Assembly: GCA_051294905.1 (NCBI GenBank)
Contig: CM119374.1
Coordinates: forward strand, 19,654,001 to 19,718,000
Direction of reading: 5' to 3'
DNA length: 64,000 bases
Origin: Botryllus schlosseri
Lineage: Eukaryota
The notes under the pieces were generated by a model, which saw only the letters and a list, made by a program, of their open reading frames with translations, searched no databases and was not told the DNA's origin. Shown piece after piece: positions 55,901 through 64,000 of the stretch. The first letter of the stretch is position 1. The number at the start of each line of letters is the position of its first letter. The position numbers and the translations under genes were made by a program.

Positions 55901-58545
55901 CACAAGACAAATACCAACCCGCAGAGAAAAATTATTTGCCAGTGATGAAATACCAAATTGAAATCTTGTGCGTCTTTTAATTTATAGCAATCTATATGCA
56001 ATTCCCGATATTATCGATCGATTCAATCATGAATTCTAGAAAATTTCCGCGCTTGGCGCGATTAAGCGATATTTACTGATTCACTATCACTAATGAGAAT
56101 AGCAAATCTAGCTCACAAAGTAGCGGTGAAGATGGCGGTCAGGGAAAGAATATGACCAACGTCTTGGGGGGTCTGACGAAGTGCTGCTTCGGCCCTGGCC
56201 ACACTATTGGTATGGGGAATTCAATATCACTTTATAATCGGCTCCTAACGTTCACCGGATCCAAATAATGTCACCGGAATAGGATGTATTTTAAAAATTT
56301 GCTCAAGTTAGGTCCTGGTTAGCGTTAGCTTGGATACGATTAGGTTGACGTTTGCTTGGACTAGTGTTCGGGTTAGCAACAGCTTGGATTTGGAAATGAC
56401 TATTTTACTCGTTTGAGTAACAAATAATTTGAGTGACATTGAAAAATTTCGTACCAATCGTTTGAGGGACAGAGAAGTTGTCTCGAGAAATGCATTTAAT
56501 ATGAATCAATCGAGTCCAACCCTAAACGTAACTATCGCTATAACCCTAATTATGAGAATTCTAGCCCAGGCCTGGTTCGCCGACGAGACTTCAATACAAA
56601 TATATAAATATTTCAATGTGAAATTCCTCCCTCGAACTCATCAAACTCCCGCTGCTGGAGGCCGACGTAAAGTATTCAGATTGGCATCAATTGTACGAAC
56701 ATATCCATGTTTTCACCCGATTATAAAACTGCCGTGGCGATTGATAGGTGGATGTAGCGGAATTTACGCACTAGCTTACCAGTTCGTGAACCCCTGGCAT
56801 CGCTCTTGACTCCTGTTTTTCCTCTTCTCCTCCATGACATTTTCGCAACGCCAAGCATCCAGCGGAAATCTGTATTTACGTTCACCCAACCGCACATGTC
56901 CCCACCATCGAAATTGCAACTCGCCGCACTCCACGGATCTACAGTTTAGGCAAAGTCAAAGTTTACCAATGGGCAACACCGAACCCTGTTTTGACAGCAA
57001 TCCAAGTCGTTATAGATGAAATCCTATTCGCATCGAGTCCGATCGGCTGTTTCGAATGTATCGAAACATATGTCTCAGACTGAATTAACAGAAGTGATTA
57101 CATCCCGGGCCCGGCTCTTCGTATTTTCTCACTAGGCAGAGCGGTATTGGATAACAGAGCACGTTAGCTGGTATATACGCCGAACAGGAGCTTTCGATAG
57201 TCGCAAACCCTGTCGTTTTAAAAATATTCCATGGCCTCTTATCGAAGTGCGCTCATAAAATAAAGATCGTTCTAAGTCTATGATGTAATAATCACATGTA
57301 AACACTTGTAAATGACATGTCGGGTATATGACCCCGGGAAGACTTGCTTATGCTGTACTGGTATCAAGTAATTTTATGATTGTTTTCTGCCCGTTACCAT
57401 TATCTCTATATCTGACCTATGATGTTCACTTGCGATAATTACGTCGCATCGAAAGAAATGTTCCAAGCTCACTAAGACACCGATATTTCTAGACAGATAA
57501 CTGAAATTTCATTTCAACTTTTTTTAATATATAAAAAACGCTGCTCACCAATTTTGATCCAATTCCAGCCTATGGAAGCATTGATATATAAGAAAAAAGT
57601 ATTGGATTAATTAAATAAAAATAAATGTAAGAATCTTTCAAATTTTACTGATTACCCCGCGAAATTGTTAACACGATATACAGCAAATTTGGCTCCATTA
57701 CAACCCATAAAAGCGAAGTTATTGGTGTTCAGAATTTAGGATTTTTAATCATATTATTTACGCTAGGTAGATTTATAGTCACTAATTCTATAATTTGCCA
57801 TCGTAAATACTATTTTTTTGAAATCCCAAATTTTGTACTTCAATAACTTCGTTTCAACTGGTTGGAATTGAGTCAAATTTGTTGAAGGCTACATCGTGTC
57901 ATCAGACAACCTAACAGTTCCATGGGATAACCAGTACAATCTGTTAGCTGCACAGACATTTGCCGTTCTCACTGATCTTATATGAAGTGTACTTGATTCA
58001 ATTTTGAAATTTTCGCGAATTCAGTATTTCTAATTCTAATCTAATCTGGAAAAACTGTGTAGATATCATTCTAATTCTAATGTAATCGGGAAATAACGGT
58101 ATATCTATAATTCTAATTCTAGGCTATTTGGGAATAAAAATGTGTAGATATCATTCTAATTCCAATGTAATTGGGCAATAACTGTATATCTATAATTCTA
58201 ATTCTAGTCCATCTTGGAAAAAACTGTGTAGCTATAATTCTAATTCTATGCTGAAATTTTTCTTAGGTTTCCAACTCTGCATTCAGACTCCGTATCCAGG
58301 CGGTGCAGGACTCAAGTCAATACCAAAAGTGCCTGCCAAATAGTACGCACCGTTTCCTTCGCACGTTTCACGACATTCCGACATCGTCACGAAATTGTTA
58401 TCGTTGCCACCGCAGCCTCCGTACACAAACGATTTGCATTGATTTTCAGCGGCGTCGAAATAAAAACTTACAAAACTGCCTCTGCAACCGCCGCTTTCTT
58501 TCGGAGCGTGGCAACGTTGCGTTCCCGTCGAATGGGGGCTGTCGG
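49154..58545 (-). CDS. 5'-partial spliced gene: Kunitz/BPTI + MAM + mucin-like stalk + TM + short Tyr-containing tail (type I membrane protein). Exons 58545-58351, 56938-56780, 54767-54654, 52616-52477, 50349-50217, 49908-49154
   Basis: Manually assembled. All introns are GT..AG. Phases chain as 1-1-1-1-0-1 with no stop until TAG at 49156-49154. Exon lengths are 195, 159, 114, 140, 133 and 755 nt. Domain motifs are listed under the individual exons. Confidence 0.9.
49719..49832 (-). repeat. Coding tandem repeat, 2 x 57 bp (19 aa) in the mucin-like stalk
   Basis: TTEAQTKQTQTTSSHRPQS / TTEAQTTQTETTSSYRPKS. The units are 49776-49832 and 49719-49775. Confidence 0.85.
50217..50349 (-). CDS. Exon: MAM domain part 4
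   Basis: Acceptor gttgcattaacag|, donor t|gtaagc, phase 0-1. VELPPTNPTTIRRLMFAGFDWERGRAGNIVLDELQYSKTGSSCL corresponds to the MAM end (F.G...G.I.lD.l...C). Confidence 0.87.
50649..51185. mobile_element. 537-bp intronic hAT-like MITE with GACTC/GAGTC subterminal arrays
   Basis: Perfect 11-bp TIR CAGGGTTGTAA. Perfect 8-bp TSD cacagagt. About 20 GACTC/GAGTC pentamers, roughly 10 per end. Confidence 0.92.
51967..52063 (-). repeat. Second copy of the 7391-7486 repeat (intronic)
   Basis: TTCTGCTGTTCCC...GCGAGGCTTCACCTTG...GTGTCATC.TA..GTTTGGTCGAA...AACAGCGT.ATACC is shared between the two copies. Confidence 0.8.
52477..52616 (-). CDS. Exon: MAM domain part 3
   Basis: Acceptor gtttccgttaacgcag|, donor cag|gtaagc, phase 1-0. 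GRHMGHLKLFDVLYSRINASSTVYKHDLSNLVWAVYGQQGNLWQRGQ contains the MAM G.L...W...GQQG..W motif. Confidence 0.9.
53393..54340 (+). pseudogene. Internally deleted, decayed DNA transposon (probable CMC-Chapaev3-like transposase remnant) in an intron
   Basis: Plus-strand fragments NFLLSQRSGYTKYP (53881-53922), EKLKAGVFNGPHVR (about 53931-53972) and SDEQGERFHQDI (54187-54222) match motifs of a widespread transposase. A CACTGGTC terminus-like start lies at 53393. The superfamily name is recalled and unverified, and the right end is unresolved. Confidence 0.75.
54654..54767 (-). CDS. Exon: MAM domain part 2
   Basis: Acceptor ttctgttcttacgacag|, donor g|gtatgg, phase 1-1. GKYVYMLADRGENRTAFLVSPALKQSESGCFSFMYHMR matches MAM G.Y.Y....A.L.SP....C.SF.YHM.G. 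Confidence 0.9.
55473..56197 (+). mobile_element. Old 725-bp CAGGGCCG-family non-autonomous element (intronic)
   Basis: Left end is homologous to 45613. Right end is CGGCCCTG. Flanking 8-mers gctatact / gccacact match at 6/8. Confidence 0.6.
56780..56938 (-). CDS. Exon: MAM domain part 1
   Basis: Acceptor ctttgcctaaactgtag|, donor g|gtaagc, phase 1-1. DPWSAASCNFDGGDMCGWVNVNTDFRWMLGVAKMSWRRRGKTGVKSDARGSRT matches the MAM start C-x-F-D/E...C-G-W...W...TG..D. Confidence 0.88.
58029..58250. repeat. Minisatellite of five ~41-43-bp units in A-B-A-B-A order (intron between the Kunitz and MAM exons)
   Basis: Units start with TTCTAATTC. A units carry AA(C/A)TGTGTAG. B units read AATGTAAT.GGG.AATAAC.GTATATCTATAA. 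Confidence 0.88.
58351..58545 (-). CDS. Exon: BPTI/Kunitz domain
   Basis: Acceptor tattttcag|, donor g|gtgcgt, phase 1-1. CHAPKESGGCRGSFVSFYFDAAENQCKSFVYGGCGGNDNNFVTMSEC..TC has the canonical C-x8-C-x15-C-x7-C-x12-C-x3-C spacing and the FxYGGCxGNxNNF motif. Confidence 0.93.
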
Positions 58546-58814
58546 CTGAAAATATAGGCAGCATGTCACAGAAAGACGCTGTAACAAATTAAATTTTGGC
58601 ATTGAAATGCCCAGAAAGGGAAAAAATGATGCCGTGATATTCTCACTAATGATAAGTAACTCAGGATATTCTTGGAGGCACAGAACTTCAACATACAATT
58701 GGATAATATATTCATATTGAAATGAACCCAAAAATCTACTTGAGTACTCCTAAATGTATAAGTACATCGCTATCGACCCCCTCCGCGTAAAAAGTGACTA
58801 CGGTTTCAGACTTC

Positions 58815-59000
58815 TACTAGTACTTGACAGTTTCAATAATTTGATAAAACTTGGACTAAAATACATCAATCACCTACTTGGATATCTATCCTTGAGTCGA
58901 TCAAGTAAATCAGATTTTTCAATACTTCCACTTGTATACTGGACCATATTTTGTGAAGTAATTACTTTCCACTATATTTGAAGTCTGTCAAGTAGCAGTA
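58815..59000. mobile_element. Possible old ~185-bp MITE
   Basis: Inverted repeat with perfect core TACTTGACAG (58821-58830) / CTGTCAAGTA (58985-58994) and imperfect flanks. No TSD verified. Confidence 0.35.
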
Positions 59001-59080
59001 TACGTTACGGTGACCTCATTTTCTGTACGTCGAGCTCGCGCTGTTTGATCATCTTGACTAACGATATTCGTTGGGCTACT

Positions 59081-60305
59081 CAGTGGTTCTCAACCTTTTT
59101 GACCGCGCGGCACCCATTGGAGATGAAAAATAGTTCGCGGCATACCATCTGAACTTTTTTGGCTTACGGCATCTGTAAACTACCAGAATACTTATTAGTA
59201 CCCAGTAGTAACGCTTACTAATGTGACCTCCTCTGCAGTCAATCAAAAAATGTCTCTGTACTTCCTTTCTTTTGAAATAAACTTCTCAATTTTAATATTT
59301 TTATAAGTAAACTTTTGTACGTAAAGCGTCCCTAGCTTACGAAGCCGGGATAGAATGTCGTCGTTTTCCTCGGGCCAGAATATCGTTCCTTCGTGATTAC
59401 AACAAATAGTACGTATTCAGACGAAAGTGAAAGTGGTCATTTTGATATACGACTCCACAGAAACTTTAAGCAGCCCTTATTTAGATACTATTTCATAAGA
59501 TTTGTTTGACAATAAATCTGCCCACTGCCGCATTGGGTCGAAGAGGTCAAGCACGATCGCCGCTAAGGAATACGGAGGCATAGTGGTGTAGGCTATACCA
59601 GGCTATACAATGCATTTCCACGCAGATCGTGCAGCACGCATAAGGATACGATAGCCATTCCTCAATAGCTCTACTGGCACTCACCCGCAGTTCAATTATA
59701 CTTCCAACAAACCAAGCTTATAACCTCAGCGGCGAAGAGGTTTGTTGAATGATAAAATTTTGTCTACCTCAGCACTTCTCAATTCTCATATTCGTCGACA
59801 GTAACACAACGTTGTGCTACAAGCCTATCTTTTAACGGAACTTCCGGCACGATACCTAACAATCGCAATGTGGATTGTCATGTTTGTAATTCGAATTTGT
59901 AAACGCGAACGTCAATTCCAAAGCAGTTCCCTTCTCGCTGGTGATTGGGGAGACGATGAGGATTATAAAACTGCATTGTCAATGTCATACAGGCGTCGCC
60001 ATGTCTGCTCTTCTCGGTGATCAATCGAAATAGTGTGGAAAACTGAATGCAGCCTTCAAGGCACGCGGTATGTCCGGTAAAGCGAATTCGAGGGGGCTAT
60101 TGATTACGTTTACGGGCATAGCATGAATTTATAATTGTCAAATGTACAAACTTCACATCAAGCTCGATTTAAATTATTGATCGTTTGCTATAGACTAGAA
60201 TTATTTTGCGCATAATTTCAAAATTCCGAACAAATCGCTCGCGGCACACTCTCGAAACGTAAATGACACACTAGTGTGCCGCGGCACACCGGTTGAGAAC
60301 CACTG
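59081..60305. mobile_element. 1225-bp Charlie-type hAT non-autonomous element
   Basis: Perfect 15-bp TIR CAGTGGTTCTCAACC. GCGGCAC subterminal motifs. TSD ggctac-t / ggctacat differs by a 1-nt indel. Confidence 0.85.
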
Positions 60306-60390
60306 GGCTACATCATGAGTAGAGCCCGACCGATATTGGATTCCTGAGCCGATACCGATAAGACCGATATCCAGTACCTGCACCGATAAC

Positions 60391-61612
60391 CAGGGCTTTG
60401 GAGCCGGAGCCGGAGCCCGGAGCCGGAGCCCCGGAGCCATGCATTTTCACCGGAGCTGGAGCCGGAGCCGGAGCTCTACATAAAATTCAGCCGGAGCCGG
60501 AGCCGGAGCTGGAGCTCGTTGTTTGAGGAGTAGCTCCGGCTCCGACCTATTTCATAAGATGCTATTATATATGCAACAACCACATCTGCTGATTTATCAT
60601 AATTGAATAGCAGGCCTGAATTTTAATGCTGTGCACAGCAATGGCATATAGTAAAGTGCGTTCTACTGCAACTATGATGTTGTCGACAATTGACAAGTAT
60701 TCAGCATGAAGTCACAAGCCGGCACGGCGGCACCTATATGTCTTCGTTGCTACATCGGATGTTACTGACGCCTGAAAGACTCTAGATTACTATGGGTAGA
60801 TTAGTAATCTATATAGACCAGGAATGGTCAAACTCTTCGGCTAAAGGGGCAAATGCAATTGACGAACGAGTGCGCGGTCCACTAGCCGCGCCAAGCGGGT
60901 AAGATTTTCTAAGTTTATAAATAAACTAGGTGAGTATTGCGGGTCTATTGTATACCACCCGCTAGGCTCAGTTTGCAAGGACACGACTATTCGGCGTCGG
61001 GACACATCGATATCGAAGGTCTCCGAAAATATGCGACAATCATATGTTGCCTCCATTTCACCGTCGACGATTTTTATCCGAGCGCAAACGCGAAAAGACT
61101 TTCTCCCGTAATTGCGAATACAGTTAAACTCAATCGGGTAAATTAGGCGTTTTTTTCATTTTCAGTAGGGGGTAGGCTACCAACCAAGAAATCGTGTGAC
61201 AATTAAACACGCGAAGCGTGAAGAAGAATTTCGCTACTATTTTAGTTTATTGTAATATACGACGATTTACGGAAAATGTGACTGGACCCTGGATCTGCCA
61301 CTGCGTCGGAACTGATATTTTAGTCATCAACATCCCAAGTGTCGCAGCAAGAATTGTAATTTTTGTTTGGCATTGCAAGTTCACAATCTGAGCAATGCAT
61401 TTTCGATAATATAATTGGAAATTACCTCGCGGGCCACGCAAAACCCTCTCGCGACAGGACCATTTGATAATTTCAGAGCCGGAGCCGGAGCTGGAGCCGG
61501 AGCAGTGGTAATAATGCGGCTCCGGAGCTGGAGCCGGAGCTAATGTATGATAGAAGAGAGCTCCGGAGCCGGAGCTGGAGCAGTTTAAATTTACGGCTGC
61601 TCCAAAGCCCTG
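60391..61612. mobile_element. 1222-bp hAT-like element with (GGAGCC)n subterminal arrays, nested in 60320-62820
   Basis: Perfect 14-bp TIR CAGGGCTTTGGAGC. Perfect 8-bp TSD ccgataac (60383-60390 and 61613-61620). Confidence 0.93.
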
Positions 61613-61792
61613 CCGATAACCCCGATATATTCAGCCGATATTCAAAATATATGGAATCTAGCTCAAGGCCCATATTTAACACCTAAGAGCATTTATTTCA
61701 ACAACTTTACAGCCATTGATATGCTAGATTATGAAATACATGATCTAGGAGCTATAAAAAGATATCAAAAGCACCAATCCAGCAGTTGCAGA

Positions 61793-61990
61793 TTACAGTT
61801 CACGAAGCACAATTTCTTGGCCCTTTCTCCAAGGAGTCAACTTTTGTGGTCTTCCATAAATGATGTATATAGTACTAAACACAGTGAGCAGTCTTTCACT
61901 CGGTACCATAGTTAGTGGCACAGCAAGAATTGGAAATCTTTCTTCATTTCGATTCCACCGCTCCCTTGGAGGGGATCTTTCCCTCAATGG
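61793..61990 (-). pseudogene. Decayed hAT transposase C-terminal dimerization-domain fragment
   Basis: RWNRNEERFPILA...VPSERL..FS.....RPQKLTP resembles the hAT dimerization consensus WW...rfP.La...p.ts..sER.FS...R.rL.p. Confidence 0.7.
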
Positions 61991-63093
61991 TTTCACCAAA
62001 TATTAATATTGATATTCTTCCGGCAGTGTACCTGGAGCCTTCAGCACATCATTAACAAATAACTAAAGAGAATGTGCAAAGCAGCTGAAATTGTCCACGT
62101 CTGCAACTGCTCCACCCATCCCCCTCGGGCCTTGACCATGACCAGCATTTCAACAATCAATTGATCAATATTTTACGCTCGTTTGTCAGAATTGGCCAAT
62201 GTCATCGTGGAATCCAAAATTTTCGTATCAATTATTGGCTTTATTCCACGTTTGCTTGATTTTCTTGCCCTCTGTGCTCGCATATTTCCTATCATGGTGG
62301 CCCCGCAGGCCTCAGTCAGACGACTTCATATATTACTGGTATAATTAGCTCTGTTGGTACCGAACCAATAGCCCCATCTTCCCAGAAATGTTTCGACGCG
62401 ACGCTTTTCTCTATCATCACGAGGGTCAGTCCAGCATGATTGAAGTTCTCATTTCTCTTACTGATTGAAATCTTCAGCAGAAAACTATCAATCCACCTGC
62501 TCTCTGACTTTAGTGATCGATTACTGCTGGAGGATTCCCACGAAGTCAGTGGGGCATAACGGTGGTTAGTTATCTAATATTTTTTCAGATAGGCACGCCT
62601 ACTGCCTGTATGCAGTATGCACTATATGCAGCTTGGCCATTTATTTTTATAATTTACCGCCCTCACGTCTTCTATCGACTTCTCCGACTCCCTGCCACCA
62701 TGTTGTGACGTCACGAAAATGGCCGATATTTTTTTACCTTCAATGGCCGATACCGATATTTCTCTCCAAGCGTGATATCGACTCGATATTATCGGCGAGC
62801 CGATAATCGGTCGGGCTCTAATCATGAGTGATAGCCTCGAAACTTGGAACAGTGTTAGATGACGTTATCCAGATATGTCATGCGAAATCCTGTATCGTGA
62901 CTCGGTATAGAACATCATTAAAATCAACACAAACCATACCGACTTATAAGTAAATTATGTTATGTGGTTGGCTCCATTTCAGATCCCACTCGCCGTATCG
63001 ATATATCAATTACACTCAAGTGGTTACGATTTTAGATTATACTCCTTTTCGTTTTAGAGAGAACTCATCTTAAAATACTATCTGATTACTTAC

Positions 63094-63185
63094 TTCGAAA
63101 ACGTTCTTTCGCAAATCGACATGGAAAATAATTTCGAAGTCCCGCTATTACGAGGTATATAAATTTCAAAAATAGTCCCGAACAT
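63094..63185 (-). other. Candidate signal-peptide exon of the Kunitz-MAM gene (requires a 1-nt deletion)
   Basis: ATG at 63185 and strong donor a|gtaagt at 63093. Removing one G from the GGG run (plus-strand CCC 63177-63179) gives MFGLFLKFIYLVIAGLRNYFPCRFAKERFR ending in phase 1, which matches the Kunitz exon. As written it is out of frame. Confidence 0.3.
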
Positions 63186-63212
63186 GGCCTACTAGTTTTT
63201 AGTAGGCCATGT
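63182..63212. other. Perfect 13-bp stem / 5-nt loop hairpin
   Basis: ACATGGCCTACTA-gtttt-TAGTAGGCCATGT. Confidence 0.85.
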
Positions 63213-64000
63213 ACCGACTTAATGCAAAGCCGTTATTGGCCTGTGTTGATTTCAACGATGTTCTGTACGGAGTTAGGAAAAGAGAATGCGCATGTCATAT
63301 TATGATTATGACATCTAACGCCGTAGAAAGTCTCAAAGCTGTCATCCGATGATAAGAGTAGTAATTTTTGTTTTCAAAGTCTCGCGTTTATACTATATGC
63401 GCTCGCTGAACTGATACTATAGCCGGGCTCAGGGCAGATTTATGCAAAAGTCAGTACTGGTCTGTGTGAATTTTTGACAGTGTCAATCAGTGACCTGAGG
63501 GTCGGGGCATAATATTCGGTGTGGTACGTATTCACGATATGATCTAACACTGTGCAAAGTGACAAATTTGTGATTGCGTGATTACGGTAGCAGTTAGCAA
63601 GTTAACGTCTCTCCAGTAGACGTATATGTGACGCTAAGTTCATTCATCACTATACGCTAAGTCCAGACAATTTGATCGCGACTAATGATAATAATAATCA
63701 TTCTTCAACTAAAAAGCCTAAACCTAAAGTTATGTCCTCTATCATAGAACTTCGCGGCGCTAGCCGTCAAAAGGTTGAGAAACACTGCTTTATGTCATAC
63801 GGGCATACTTTACGCTCGATCCGACTACCACACATTCCATATAATTACTAACAGAATCTTTGCGTAAAAACCTTGCAATTTTGCGTAGTTCTAGATGGTA
63901 TCTATACAATTTAATGACATCCGACAGAATGATGGAGGCTATCATACTTTCGAAAGAAGTGAGTTTTCTATTCTATTCTGAAATAATCAAGGTTATAACA

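Larger units (their letters stand above)
60320..62820 (-). mobile_element. hAT deletion derivative with CCGATA subterminal motifs, carrying a nested insertion
   Basis: Perfect 15-bp TIR TAGAGCCCGACCGAT. Perfect 8-bp TSD atcatgag (60312-60319 and 62821-62828). Confidence 0.92.

Noticed and set aside
58029-58250. CRISPR-like regularly spaced TTCTAATTC repeats
   Set aside because: The spacers are homologous to each other, the context is a eukaryotic intron, and there are no cas genes. It is a minisatellite.
58303-58557. Plus-strand 84-aa ORF
   Set aside because: Antisense shadow of the Kunitz exon.
58646-58731. Nearby candidate first exons (MNILSN or MGSFQYEY...) with phase-1 donors
   Set aside because: No signal-peptide-like hydrophobic core, although the protein should have one.
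60201-61682. ORFs with APAPAP or LQLRLRL repeats (60201-60440 and 61473-61682)
   Set aside because: Translations of (GGAGCC)n transposon arrays.

Overview
AT-rich, intron-containing eukaryotic DNA. The repeat content, intact CpGs and short exons suggest a marine invertebrate chordate such as an ascidian, which is inference only. There is no operon, CRISPR, rRNA or intact tRNA. One gene can be built confidently, on the minus strand: six exons between 58545 and 49154 with canonical splice sites and consistent phases. They give a 498-codon partial type I membrane protein: Kunitz/BPTI domain (P1 = Arg), four-exon MAM domain, Ser/Thr mucin-like stalk, transmembrane helix and a 38-aa tail with two YY motifs. 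The signal-peptide exon is not securely identified. A candidate at 63094-63185 works only with a 1-nt correction. The rest of the window is non-coding or unresolved and is dense in non-autonomous DNA transposons. About a dozen hAT-like elements have traceable TIRs and TSDs, including two nested stacks. There are also decayed Charlie-type, hAT and probable Chapaev3-like transposase fragments, SINE-like pieces and a higher-order minisatellite. Most ORFs in the supplied track are noise or shadows. The Kunitz-MAM-mucin-TM architecture is the most interesting item, but its novelty could not be checked without a database search.
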